Position numbers and translations under genes: made by a program. This document shows positions 24,177 to 37,615 of a stretch of 64,000 nt of DNA, piece after piece; position 1 is the stretch's first letter, and every line of letters begins with the position of its first letter. Below the pieces are notes generated by a model. That model was not told the origin of the DNA. It saw only the letters and a list, made by a program, of their open reading frames with translations, and did no database searches. The DNA lies in the NCBI GenBank assembly GCA_030704615.1, contig CM060733.1, forward strand, positions 58,342,001-58,406,000, written 5' to 3'. Origin of the DNA: Takakia lepidozioides. Lineage: Eukaryota > Plantae > Bryophyta.

Positions 24177-26270
24177 GGTATTTTCTTGGATGTGCTTTAC
24201 TTAAAGGGCAAGGAGAATGCAAAGACGTGGGATGAGGAGGCAGTGAGAGCGCTGCCAAAGAAGGGAAAACGGAAATCCTCTGACCCCGGAGGTAATGAGA
24301 ATGAAGCCGGGACATCCGGGGGAAAGAATAAACAAAAGGAGGACATGGATCCCGCCTTCATGACAGATAACAAGAAACCCAAGGCTGCAGACATCTTTGA
24401 CAAGGAGAAGTGTGAGAAGATGCAGGAGAGGCTGGAGAAAGACTACAGGGACATGTTCCCTTTTGGGTTTGAGGCGACCCAAGACGTCAAAGTTTCCATG
24501 ATGGAGCTTGCTCCCCGGGATATAGTGTACAGGCCCCTAAATGTTAAGCACAAAGACGAAGTCAAAGCGCGTCTATACCAGCTCCAGGTATTTGACTCCA
24601 AGCATCCAGTTTATTTGATTCCCGCAAACCTCGAGAAGCCTAGGGAGGTTTCCACTTCGAAACCTCGAAACTGGAAGGAGGTGGGAAGTCCAAATTCTTC
24701 GTCATCGGTGGACAACACACCATCATTGCTGCCAAGGTAAATTTCTCCGCAAAATCCAAATTTTGAAACAACACAAACTTCCACTGGACAGTGGAGGTTC
24801 ATGTACTTTTTACATCATGCTGGTTAGGTCGCTAGCATTTCTGACCTTATTCAATTCTGTTCCAGGAACTGGTGCAAGACCTGGACGACGATAATCTTAA
24901 GAAGTACTACTCTAACTGGCCCTCGAACATTATATGGTCAAAGGATCTGATGAGGCTCGTGAAGCTATCTAAGCTCCTAAACGACCCCAATAAGGCGCAA
25001 AAATTTGACACAACATTCCCCGAGAAAGTTGCACATGCCCGGAATTTCTTCGAGCTGCGGGGGAGGCCGAAAAAGTACAACGATCACACAATGAAGTCGG
25101 AGACTAGACAATGAAAGGTAAATGATTCATTATATCTTTTGTTCGCTTTTGCTCAACATCCAAAATGTTTCAATGATCGCCCTTAAAGGGAAGGTACTTC
25201 AAGAAACGAACGGAATGGTTCGTCGTTCAGAAAATCGACATGCTGAGGTCTTCTGTAATGTCTGTTGTTTCGTAATGAGGTGCTTCTCCAGCTCTTGTTT
25301 TTCCAATCTGTTTATGTTCTCCACCTGGAACAGTTTCGCAAATGTGCCGCAAAAATACTTGAAAAACCATATGACCATGAAAATTTATGCTGCGGAGGAC
25401 GCTTGCAAAAGTTTTCATGGTCATTTGGTATTTCAAGGATTTTCTAGGCATTTTTGGAACTGTTCCTGGTGGAGAACATGAACAGATTGGACAAAATTTG
25501 ACTTGGAAGAGCACCGCATTACGAAGCAGGAGACACTACAAAAAGAGCTTCAAATGGGAAGTCACGCGAGGAAGGATGGAAATCAAATGGCAATCGAATC
25601 ATTCAATGGAGGATCGAATAATTGACATGATTGAAAGGTTGATGTAAGGTTTATCTAAGGTTGATATAAAGGTTTGATTTCAAAACTTTCGACGATGTTG
25701 AACATATCGGTCGAATATGGATTGAAACGTCTAATTTTCTCCATGATCATATTCACAAGAATTTATGCAAGCATGTCAATTCATCCTGGAGATGAATAGC
25801 GTCAAGGAGGCCATGGTTCTGGTTCTCTGTGACGAAGACGTATGGAACCTTTGGGAGGAGGTGTTCAAATAGTGGGAACTTGAAAAGCTTATTGACATTT
25901 TCGGGATTCAGTGCAAGGGTGAACAACTACCACTGAACAAAACTGCTATGGTGAAACTGCAAGGACTGAATAGCAGGCAGTTGAAAAGAGTGGCGGAGAA
26001 AATCCTCAACTGTGACATTTGCATTCGGGGAACAAAATTCAAGGGCGCTGACAAATCCAAGAATACAATGAGCGCATATATTGACCAAATGAAATTGTGA
26101 AGGTTTATTATCGACGATGTAATGGAAGTCTTAGGGTGGCCTCGGAGGAGCAAACAAAACCCGGAACCGTACACCAAACTGGAGTGGCGTGATGTGAAGA
26201 AAAAATACAACTTCAACAAAGCTGAGTTTGAAACTTTTTTAGATCGGCTTGGGAACGACTACATTGTGAG
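24177..26270 (+). pseudogene. ParB/Sulfiredoxin-like domain gene (5' part before 17111, split by the chromovirus)
   Basis: Removing the LTR element restores ..TDEGFCMAW-GIFLDVLY... The segment APRDIVYRPLN..PVYLIP..KFFVIGGQHTIIAAK (24692-24736, after a frameshift) fits the ParB/Srx N-terminal pattern. Intron 24737-24865. Confidence 0.5.
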
Positions 26271-26299
26271 CAACATGTTTCTCCACCTGCGCAAGGGTT

Positions 26300-27672
26300 G
26301 CGTTTGATAATTTTTGACGTGAACGGAGTCTTTGTGCAAAATCTTGAAGCACCAGAAGAGCTACATTGTCTCCCGGTTTTCAGAAACAGATTACAGAATA
26401 TCAGCTCTTGTCGGATTCCGACTTGTCTTTAGACGGAAGAAATATCGCGAAGTGTGGACAGAGTTGCACAAACACTTCCGGTTAGGGATTTGCAGCCCAT
26501 CCTGCATTTTTTACTTCGTGGTCTCCCTCAACCGGCCTTCGTTATGTCTCAAGAAGATTGTATTTCCTATCCTACTTCGGCTCACCATCAATTTAAATCC
26601 GGATTGGACCCTCCTCATTTGTTTTTGAAGCCACTGATGAAGGTTTGGCAGTGAATGCAGGGTTGACTGGACCAAAATGGACGTTACCAGCACAGTTTTA
26701 GATGACTGCAATTGATGGTGTCATCAATTGAAATTTGAATTAACTCATTAAAACCAGCAAATATATATGTCATTGGATTCATAGCTTCAATACGCACCCA
26801 TAACAACTCTCCAATCATGAATCCGATAAGAAATGACTCCGTTATGGACTTTTGAACACCGTCATTGTGGACTGTTACCGCAATGAATGAAATTACAATG
26901 GACTCAAGTTCTCTTATGTGCCATTAGTGAATTCCATTGAAATTTGGACATAAGGTGGCCATTTTGGTCCATATCATAGGTATGGATTTGAAGTGGCAAA
27001 TTAGACGTTTTTGAAAAGTCCATACTCATCTTGTTTTTTGGATTTGGGTGTCATTGTTTTTCTAGAAGTATAAAAACCTATAATCTTCAATGGCTACTGT
27101 CATATTGAAATTGTTTTGTAAACTCTAATTTTTAGTTTTTCATAATTTCTCTAAATAATATACTAAAATATTTAATGAATTATATCTTTAATATTTGGGG
27201 TAGGACTCTTTACTAAATAAGTTCAGTATACCATTATCTATCACTAAAAAAAAATTGGGATAGTATCCTCAACTTTTGTTTTGGTCATGGACTTTCATGG
27301 AGCAAGATCTGTCGTTTTTGGTCCACTCAATCCTGCAACTGCCCTTGGCAGAGATTTGGTGGACAGTACACCAAGAGTAACACTGTGGTCATTGACGACA
27401 CGGCCATGAAGTGTGTATTGAACCCGCCCGACTCATGTCTTGTTCTCAAACCGTTCCAGACCGTGGAGACTGATGGTTGTTATCTTCAAAAGGTTCTTCA
27501 GGACTATTTACTTGGAATGAGGAAACATCCCACTGTTTCAAGTTATCTTAGGAAAAAGAGGATAGGGTTGAGTTTTTTTTCAAATGTTTCAAGTGATCCC
27601 AAGTTTAGGCCATTCTTGGATTATATTGAGGACAACGGTTTTAAGAGCCTCAGATATGATGCTTCAAAATAA
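26300..27672 (+). pseudogene. FCP1/NIF-like HAD phosphatase domain, interrupted by a MITE
   Basis: LIIFDVNGVF..VFRRK..FRLGICS..LFLKPLMKVW / PWQRFGGQYTKSNTVVIDDTAMKCVLNPP. Confidence 0.7.
26658..27335. mobile_element. AT-rich MITE with ~25-bp TIRs beginning CAGG
   Basis: cagggttgactggaccaaaatggac versus the reverse complement of gtcgtttttggtccactcaatcctg (21/25 match). Splits the HAD coding sequence. No clean TSD seen. Confidence 0.7.
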
Positions 27673-29235
27673 AGATTTTATTGATCAATCCACTCTCTCT
27701 CGAACTATTGAATATCTTCATGGTGTCTGATTTTCATTGCCTTGTAATCACACACGGATTACACATGGTACTCTCTTTTTCACTCATTTGATGTTGAACT
27801 TTTCGACGCACATTCGGGGCCATCCCAAGCCCAGAGCATACAGACCTTCATACGGGGACATGACTATATCTAGTAACCTCCACTGTTCAGTGGAAGTTCA
27901 CATTCCTACACTTCCGGATTGATGATTATGTCTCTTTGGCAAGTTCAAGGAGATGCTGACAACGTCAACCGTTCCTCAGGTCCCCCAAGGGAACCCTCCG
28001 GATCAGCAGTGCGTCGGAGTATTGAAGGATTTCCGATGGTTCAGGATGGTTCTCAAATTGAGGGTGGATCCTCGGTCATACTATTCGCCTTTCGGGAAGC
28101 GGGCGACACTCTTCTCCACTTGGGTCCTCCTGGGTCTAAAGCCCAAGGTGCAGGTGAAGAACAGAAATATGCCGGAAAGTTTATCGACCTTACCCAACAT
28201 TCCTCACCCTCTCCGTTCAGTACGCAGGGTCTGGTCTCTCCAACCCGAAGGGAAACCGTCGAAGACTTGGCTGCGGCTCCGCTGCAACTTGTTCCGTCTC
28301 TTCCTCGCATATCTCCCCAGCACGAAGGTTGGACAGCCCAAATCCGCAGGAGTCAGGTGACTTAAACTCATTTCTCACTCCTTGTTCATTCTCCTAGTTT
28401 CACTTAGTTTGTGGTCTGATGTTCATCTGTCACTTCAGGTCAGATAATCTGCAGATTATGACATTCCTGTCAAACGACGGCTGCATTGGAATGCAGTTGC
28501 GAGGTAAATTATTCCTTCGTTGCGTTTTCTATACAGGATGTCGAGTGCTCAAGGGACAATTTTCTGTGCCTTCCTGTTGTTGCCCCTCTACTCCCCACGT
28601 CATTCAATGACAAAACATCTCCAACATCGACACAGCCTGACCCTGAACTGATGGCACAATGTTCTGCACCAAAGAGGCGAAAAAGAGCCCCCGAACCATT
28701 TCCTTTCTCTGTAGGAAATCTTTAAGACGGACAAAAGGCTGACAAGAAAAAAAAAACGGACTCCAAACACATGAGGACTCCCTTAGATGTTGTGGCGCCT
28801 TGTCAATCCAATCCCGCGGGAATCCACTGTTCTTCTGCGAGACATTCAATGGTAAATTTCAAAACCATTTCTCCACTTTCGTTTACAGTTTGTTTTGTGG
28901 TCCCAAACTAACTCCGTCATTTTTAAACAGGCGGGGATGGAGCCGCATAACTTCTTCAATACGCCTCCCGACAAGATGCGTCCACGGACCTCCACTTGAC
29001 AGCCGACGTTCCTCTTTTCATGATCCCTCTTCGATATATTGTCTACTCTAGGTCCTTTAGAATAGTCCATTCCCGGGACACTTATGTCTCAGCAAACGTA
29101 GAGGTCACTGTGAAACCAATAAACACTACATCGTGTTGTTTCTGACGGCGTGAACACTGAAATGAATTTCCTTAAAATGCGAAGGATGGCTTCGTCCATC
29201 AACCTTCATCTGCCACATCGGGGAAGAGGAAACGG

Positions 29236-29900
29236 ATGTTGTTAATATTGAGTATCAACGGACTCCTCTGCTACCGGCCACCTCCAACCGGCTATGAATT
29301 TCTTAAGGAGAGATTTCGTTTCAGGAAAGTTACAGTTCATGTTCCCGACAGACCTTTTGTGGTTCCCCAGCCCGTAGTCTTGGAGTTTCTCAACCTTGCG
29401 TTGACGCATTTTCACGTGGCGATTTGGTCATGTGCTGAAAGAGTTGTTCTTTGTAGGATGCTCGAGTGTTTGGTTCCCACGAAAATTACGAAGAAGTTTT
29501 GCTTCATCTGGTCAGCTGAGGATTGCAAAGACACTACCGGTTACATCATGCTTGGGATGAAATATCTCGTTAAGGATATTCGCATTGTTCTTGCCAAGTA
29601 CCCTGGTACACCATATACAACGCAGGGACAAATACTCCTTGTCGATGATGAGCCATCAAAGGGCCTCCGAAACCCACCAAATACTGGATTCTTCCTTATT
29701 TCATTCAAGCCATCACCAAAGGGCTTGACCAGGATGATATGACAAAAGCAGTGTGGCCATATATATTGAAGATGGTTGCAGCTTCAACAGTCGTAGATTA
29801 CAATAGCGAGAACCCTGCCAAGTGTTCTTGTAAGCCTATGGAAGATATGTTGATCCTCGTGTTTGGATCCCACAACAAAAGGAACCTGATTACCTTGGTA
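29236..29900 (+). pseudogene. Second FCP1/NIF-like HAD domain (motif I Asp replaced by Ser)
   Basis: LLILSINGLL..EFLNLALTHFHVAIWS..FIWSAEDC..LVKDI..LLVDDEPSKGLRNP; frameshift near 29740. Confidence 0.7.
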
Positions 29901-30619
29901 TGTACTTATCCCACTGTTTATTGTTTATGGAGAATTTGATCTCAAAGTGTCTTCCACTTGCACTTTTACCTTATCAATTTTTCTACAAATCTTCCAAATT
30001 TGCCCTGACATTTGTCATATGAAAATTTGTTTTGCCCAGTCACATTCAAGGAGCGAATTCGAAAAGAAGAAGAAGAGCTTCATGATTGACAAGAATGGTG
30101 GGCTTCCCGGCAGGCGTCAAGGGCATCAAGAGATTCAACAAGTAGACATTAGGGAAAGAATGGGGCCTCCTGAGGGCCTCCTCTCTTTAGGAGAAAGTAA
30201 CCATTCGGTCAACTTGAAAAAAACCTGAACGGTCAAGATCGATTTGATCTAACGGCTGTTAGCTTAAATTAAAAAATCTGCCCGATTTAGCAATCATTGC
30301 GGTCCTAATCAGCGCTCCATGCGGATCGCCGCCCTCCCCACGCAATTTAGGTGCATCGCTCCCGCGCTCCAGCTCAATCGGGCTCCCGCTCAATCGCTCG
30401 TCTCATCTTGGATGAAGCGCTCCCACGCTCCCGCTCAATCGCTCGTTCCCCCCAATCTTGGATCTATCAGTTTGAGCTCACGAAGAGCGTAGGTACGATG
30501 TCGAACACAGTTTGAGCTCATGAAAGAGCTGCAGGTACAGTGTTGACCAGAGCACCAAGAAGGAGATAACCAGGGATGCCATCCTGAAGAACTAGGGAAA
30601 GTGTGATATTTGTAATGTA

Positions 30620-31960
30620 GATCCTATGGTGAAGTTCATGCGAAAGGCTCTTGAGAAGGCAGGCTGTCCAGTAGCAGATCAATTCTTCAAATCTGAAGTA
30701 TGTCATATGCAAGTTGGTGGTGGCTTCAAGCGGGATAATGGGGTCAGGTCTTTTCTGTACTCTCTCTCTCCCTCTATTTGTGGCATCCATAGCCACATTG
30801 TCTTCGTCCCTGATGACTCTCCTACTTTGGTGATTGCACAGAACTTCGTTGTTGCCCTACTGCTTGCTGGAGCTGGAGGCTTGTTTATAGGATCAATTTT
30901 GCTTAGTGGATTGCAAGAAGAATAAGGGAATTCGCGATTCTCTTGATTCCACTGTGCCTGCATATTGTTGCAAGTTATTCCGGCTGCCATTTGTCTTTCC
31001 AATGTCGTCACCTGTCTGATGAAGTCTTTCTCGACTGAAGCATTTCGTGGACAGTTTCATTGACTTCACACTTCTTTAGCCATTCACAACGAGTCGATTG
31101 TGTGTGTCTATTATCCTGACTGCCAAAAGATGCAGTCGATGAATAAGTTGTAGCAACATTCCTCCCTTAAGCTCCCTACGAGATGAAGTCATATGTGCAG
31201 GGGTAAATTAAGTGTAAGGTGCGGTATATTGATGGGTTCTCTACTTTGCAGGTGCTGATCTGTAGCAACCATTTGATGATGCAGGATGAAGTGGACGTGG
31301 CTATGACCCATGAGCTGTTGCATGCTTACGACCATTGTCGTGCTGCAAACTTAGATTGGACCAATTGTGAGCACCATGCTTACAGTGAGGTGTGCCTCTT
31401 TTGCCCAGGCTTTGTTAGCTTTTGTGAAGACAGTCAAAGACGAATCAATCATGCTTCTTAAGGGGTTCATCTAATTGATGTGTAAGACAAAGTGTGGGAA
31501 TGTTATCTAGAAGTCACCACTTTCTCAATAGTAGATATGGACGTATATCTCTGGTCAATGGTTTGCACTTATTACAGTGTAACACCGATTGTGATGTCTA
31601 TTAGGAACATGCTTGAATGGATAGTTTTCAAGAAAGGTCATGGTACTCAGTGTGGTTTACTTTTTCTGTTAGGTTTGCTGGAGAGGTGGCATCGAGTGTG
31701 AGCGACCTGTTGTTTGCTGGATCTATTTAGGCTTTTGCAGCTTGCAGAAGGTTTCTCAGTCTGTTATGTTGCTACCTTAGTCTTAGTGTACAGCCATCAG
31801 TTATGACCATTCCAGTGCTGCTCAGGGTAGTTGCTTGATGGTAGCTTGAGGCCAAATTGCCTAATATGCAGAGAGTTTTTGACAGATATTGAACAAGAAA
31901 CGTGATCTGTGTAGAGATTTTTGGGGTATGGCAGATACGAGCAGCTAACTTGAGTGACGA
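30620..31960 (+). pseudogene. ATP23: ATP23 mitochondrial inner-membrane metalloprotease fragment (3 exons)
   Basis: DPMVKFMRKALEKAGC..GGGF / VLICSNHL..THELLHAYDHCRAANLDWTNCEHHAYSE / IRAANLSD, then similarity stops. HHACSE is changed to HHAYSE and no 5' exon was seen. Confidence 0.75.
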
Positions 31961-32619
31961 TGAGTCTGAGCAGCGCTTGTATTTGGTGCCAAGCCCAAAC
32001 TCGGGATCATTCTACCCTCGACCTAAAGTTGATCGAAGACCTGAGACTGGTGACCAGTCCTTCTGGGGCGTGTTTACCTTCGATGGTGCTGCACCCGAGA
32101 CGATCAACTGCCTACTTGTAAGCTGACAGTCTCTGCCCCGATTCTCATAAACGCATAAGCTGAAGATGACAGTACTTGCAGCCAATTGATTTCTTGTTGG
32201 TTCAAGAGTTGGACAACCAAAACACTAATGTAATATATGTATGTACAAATTTTCTTGGTGCAGTCACATGTGCCATTTGGAGATTTACGGTTGTTTATAT
32301 ACCACCACCAAAGTTTGTTAAAAAAATCTTCCTTCGCACATTATATACTAGTTGTAGATGATAACGTCAAACTCACAATCAGCATTGAATATGTAACTCT
32401 TTCAATTGTTGAGACTGTAAACTTGGCTTTCAGGGGATAGATGGAAATATAGGGTACTTTGTTTGTCTTATTTGAAACATTCTTTTGCAAAGGTAGTGCA
32501 ACTCAAAGCCCTGATTGGAGGCAATTCAGCTGTTTTGATTTATTAGTTTGTTTTACTTTCACACCTGGGTTATGCCTGATCTATTTGAGGAAGTCTTATA
32601 GGTTGCTCTGCTTTTGCAG

Positions 32620-34240
32620 GATGCAAAGGACGACTATTCATTGATAGTGAATTTGAAGCGTAGAAACACGGTACTGAAACACAGTACAGATAGATTTGTT
32701 TGGAACAGATGTTGGTGTGGATGTAAGCGTAGGGGACAGCCTGGAAGAAATTGTTCTTGAGGTATGAAGCCCACCTCCTTCTTTCACATGAATGACTTTG
32801 GTGGTATAACACCTATATAGCATTGGGTTCAAAGTTCTTACTTCACAATATCATTTAAGAGCTCTGTACTTGTACAAAGATTTGCAGTCTAGAAACGTAG
32901 GTCTTCAACAACTTGCTGGAAGATTTGTGAATGGCTTGCAAGCAGGGGGAGCATCTTGCATGGATGCCGGCCTAGCAAACATTTATAACTATTTCATGGT
33001 GCTGAGCTCTTGCACGACCAATTGATGCTTGCAGGTTCAGAAGAAGGCAGGACTTGCAGACAGTGACTGGACTTTCCTAGAAAAATTTGACTACTTGTCC
33101 GCCGATTGTGGTGAGGCCAGTCAGCATAATTGAACTACACAAATGTGATGGCACAAGACACTACCACAGTGATGGTTGCATATCTTGAATTGGAGGATGC
33201 AGTCTTTCCGTCTACAAATGATAGATGTGATAGTTCCACATGATGTACTGTGAAGATTTTTACTCCGTTTGCATGGACGGATTTAAGCGGCATATTGGAC
33301 GGATTTAATTGCATGGACGGATTTAACAGCAATTCAGCTGATGCACGTTGGGAACTGCCTCTTTGGGGATGCTTTCATCTTTGCTGCAGGTGTTGTACAG
33401 ACGGAAGCGAGCTGCATTTACTTATGAAAACCCTCTGACTCGGGGTGAATCACTCCTGCAACAGATGGTATCTCTCTTTCTGCCTGAGCCCAAGTTCCAT
33501 CCACAGACGCAGAATGAGGAGTCTGGAAAGAACTGGTTAATTGCCTCACACATTCCGTTCTGTAACTTCTGAATAGTGCCAGATGAGCAATTTGACAGTG
33601 GTGTGTCCTTAATGAAGGAGAGCCACAAATATGAATTAATAACAGCTCTACAGTATTGCTACTGTTGTGACCTGCACAACTAAAGTCTAAAGACTTGGTA
33701 GCAAGGAAGGTGCCAGTGAACCAGATACTAATTTTAGTCAGTATGATAGAGTCATGCCAATACAAGTAGATGCTGAACGTGGTTGAGTTGATAGGTTGTG
33801 CATGCACAGTCTGTGCCTAAATTCCGTCATATTTTGTGCTTTGTTTTCTTTTCGTTGTTGGCCATACCACTGTATGCTGGTTTGTGAATGGTGATGATGA
33901 TATCACCCTGCATGGGCAGGTCCAGCCTTTCCATTGGAGGTTGGTTAGTACTTACATGCTCCACCCACCTTTGTACCAAGGTCTATAGCCTAAGGTCACC
34001 TGCCGCAACATGGTGTTCACATGACCTTGCCTTTTGATTGAAACCCTCTCTCACTTGTGCCCTGTTCACCTCATTTGATTCTTTGGAAGATGCTGTCCTT
34101 TGCCATTGCAGTCCAGCTACTCCATGCACCTTTTCAAAGGCATGGTCTTCAGATGGGAAAGGAACATTCCCGTTCCAGGTGTGTCATGGAAAATTGAGTG
34201 CATACAGGGGAGATGTGAAGGGCATTTTATACTTTTTGTA
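32620..34240 (+). pseudogene. Exon-like fragments of an unidentified host gene
   Basis: AG/GT-flanked segments such as VQKKAGLADSDWTFLEKFDYLSADC and VLYRRKRAAFTYENPLTRGESLLQQM, with stops in other segments. Confidence 0.35.
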
Positions 34241-34303
34241 GGTGGGTGGGAGAGGGAAATTATTGTGGACAAATAATTGGGGTGCTTGAGGTATGGGCGG
34301 CAG

Positions 34304-36613
34304 GTGGCGGACCATGCTTTGGTCGGCCACAGCACCGGGGCTTGTACTCATAGTTGGCATGCAACTGGCAGCAGAACTTCGAGCTAATGTTGGGATCTGT
34401 GATGATTTAGGTGGGAAGGTGGGATGAGGCACAGAGTTTAATACAGGAACTCTTTGGGAAGGCAGAAGTAGAACTCGCCCTGGAGGAGGTGAGGAACGTT
34501 AATAGTGGCCAAAACCCAGATGATGAGATTCCTTGGTCAGAGCTTCTGTCCAAAGAGTACTTCAAAGGTCCAATTGGTTACCTTTCTTGGCTCAGTTTGA
34601 TAAGACAGGTTTTGGCACTCGTTTACTATGTTGTCCATTGCTTCGTTTAGGAAAGGGTGTATAGTCAATCAACCGTATCCTGCTTTTCCCTTGCCTTGAT
34701 TAAACCAATTCAAAAGCTTGAGCAGCTGACTGACCAACCCTGCAGTTGCTTATTGGAAGTGCATTGTTTGCACTGCAGCAGTCTGCAGGAATCAATTGTG
34801 TGCTCTACTTTTCATCCTTGACTTTTAAAGATGCCGGTATCACCAATGACATTGCTGCAAGTGCTGCTGTGGGGTTTGCTAGCCTTATTGGTAAGAATCC
34901 TGGTGGTGCCTCGCCTTCACTTTGCAGCAGATTTCCCTATTCTATGATGGATGTTTTATTTGTCGAGTCACAAGAATGTGCCATGCTCAAGTTTTAAATG
35001 AAGAAGGTCAATTGGACATTATGGATGCTTGTATGCAGGGGCAGTGGTGGCATTATCATTGATGGACAACCAGGGTCGGCGTAAACTGCTGATGGGTAGC
35101 TATGGGGGCATGGTAACGATTTGCTTGCACCTCTGCTCTACTCTGTATTTCACTACATCATCTGTGTACTTGATTGCATCTACACTTGGCCTGTCGATGT
35201 GTAAGAATGGTCAAGGCCCAATACAAGCTATGGAAATCGTGGATTGAGAAGGTCATGATAGGGGAATAATATAGTAATTGGGTAGATTTCAGTTGAAACT
35301 AGGTTTGTTTACCGTGTGTAGAGACTTCCTATAGGGGTGTGAAGTCAGTAGTTTTATCTCTGGCTGGATGAAAAATCCTAATGTACGTTGCTTATCTTGA
35401 AAGCAATTTTCCACACTCCTCCCTGCCTTCCCATTCTCGCATGGGTAAGTTGAAAGCTGAATCTAATGAATTAACTTGCGTAGGGTGCGTGTATTTGAAA
35501 CAGGCAGTGGCCATGGGAATATTGGTGCTATCGCTGAACATGCCGGAAAATGAACAGTTGTTCACTTGCTTTCAGTTGTTGGTACACTCCTGTATGTCCT
35601 TCAACTTTTGTGTGAATTATTGTAACACTCTGAATGCAGGATTACTGAGGCTTACCATGGAAGAAACAGCAATAACAAGAAGGTCATAGTTGCTTTTTAG
35701 GAGTGACAGGGCTAAGGAAGACACTACAGTACTTGGTTATTGGCGCAGCTCTCCTGATGTCTGTGGGCTAAGGATACTTTGTGCGCAGGATTTGCTTGAG
35801 AAGTTGTACTGCAATCATGTTTGATCTTGCCATGTTACTTCTGTTTGTGTGATAGGTCTAGCCCAGGAAGGAATCAGCGTATAAGTGCAGGTATCGATGT
35901 ATTACACGGCAGCATTTGTATGTTGGGCTTGTATGTGCTGAATAGGAATATAGTCTTTGGAGGAGGATGATTGGAAAGGGCTATGCAGGTTGTGAAGAGG
36001 GTGTGGTGTGTCTCACGCTGCGGGAGGCAGGTATGTCACCTTTGCATTGGGAGCAGGACCAGTCACGGCAATAGTTATGTACTACAAGAGCACGGGGAAA
36101 GATAAGGGCTGTTATACATGGTATTAACAATTCTTACCCATTTTCTTCTCATTGCTTCCAATGCTTCCAGAATTCATTTTGAATGGTACAGTTTAACTAT
36201 TTACAACCAATAATTTGACACCGTTGTTTTCTGGATCAAGCATTGAGCAATGGGAGTGGTTCAAAGTCTTCACTCTTTCCAGTCCCATCCTCGACCCCCT
36301 TCACTTGAGATCCACTTCATTGCTCTGCCTGAATGATCACAAAGCACTTTCTGGTTCAAAGCATGTGGGAACTCGCATAAATGAACTGTACATAAAAAAC
36401 GAGTTCAAATGCTGGCAGTGGAATTGTTGACAGGTTTGCAATTTTGGGATTGGACTATTATTTCTCGAGCTGGTAGAGAGGTTTGGTCTTTCTACTGTGT
36501 ATACAAGCTTTGGTGTGGTGTCCGTGTTGTCCATGGCATTTGCAAATGGCTTCATTATTGAGACCAAAGGTCGCTCACTTGAAGAAATCCAAATGCCTTT
36601 GGACCCAAAATGA
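34304..36613 (+). pseudogene. Plastidic glucose transporter-like MFS sugar porter, C-terminal half, disrupted
   Basis: WRTML..GMQL, LFALQQSAGINCVLYFSS, LMDNQGRRKLLMGSY, FALGAGPVT, ETKGRSLEEI. The PESPRWL loop is deleted and there are frameshifts. Confidence 0.8.
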
Positions 36614-37615
36614 TATTTTAAAAGAGGTTAATTCTTCTTTTCGATGTAAGGGGCCCAACCTGTGAGCATGGTGTTTCCCTTGAGCATTTAAAATGAGGAC
36701 AAGCATAAATCTGGAGGACACAGAGTTCTAGCCTCAGTTTGTGAACTGATTATGATGACAGTCGGAGAATAGATGAATCATTTGGACATTGTGGGGATTG
36801 AGAAACTTAATCCCCATCTTGAAGATATTTGCTTTGTAATACTGCAGTCCGACAATGATGTGAAAAACAGAATAGAAGTGCATGCCAACATTCAAGGTGA
36901 ACTTGATCTAATAGCTTTTTTATGTCACAGATTTTCTATGCAGAGTGTCAGTATTGAAAGGAAGCTTGCGAGAAGAAGGAAGTGCATGCCCACATTTGAC
37001 TTGAGAGCTTTTTTACATCATGGATTTTGTATGCAGCTGACGCTGATTTAAGAGGTTTTTTCGTACGTACAGTTCTTTTCTGGATAGTGTGCTCAGGGGA
37101 GGTGGTCTGCTCAATGAGGACCCTAAAATCATGGGGTCAAATTCCTAAAACCTGCATTGGCGTCCAAATCCTGCTCAGTTTCACCTTCTGCCCTTGTCCC
37201 CAAAACCACAATTCAAGAAGGGTCTTGGGATGGACCCTTACCCTAGATTACTAACACCAGGTTTTCATCTGAAATTCATCACGGAATGAAAGTGTGCTTC
37301 CACATTTTTACCAAAGCATTCAGTAGATAACCGTCGTTTCACAAACCAAGGTCATTAATCATTGCGCCCGAGTTGTTCCCCACTACAGGCCATTCCTCAA
37401 TGGGCTTGTCTCCTAGAGAGACATTGATATCACCAAATCTACACAGGGGAACCACATTGTAGTATGTTCAACAATGTTTAAACTCCGTGTGAATTGCAGA
37501 AGCCTGTCACTCAAAGGAACTATGTACATGACATCAAATTCACAGCCTCCAAGTCTGTATTCAAGTGTCCATATGTGCCGAGGGGTCCTATGAAAACTTT
37601 CCAGACCTGGGGGCG

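Larger units (their letters stand above)
14930..30300 (+). mobile_element. Large degenerate unclassified element (boundaries uncertain) encoding a ParB/Srx-like protein, two FCP1-like HAD domains and an SPxYxP-repeat ORF; interrupted by a chromovirus and a MITE
   Basis: Stop- and frameshift-ridden ORFs all on +, a recurring 24-bp palindrome (3 copies), and no recognisable host housekeeping gene. No TIR or TSD was identified. Confidence 0.45.

Noticed and set aside
37218-37246. Helitron 3' end (hairpin plus CTAG)
   Set aside because: Only 3 nt separate the hairpin from CTAG, and the next base is A rather than T.
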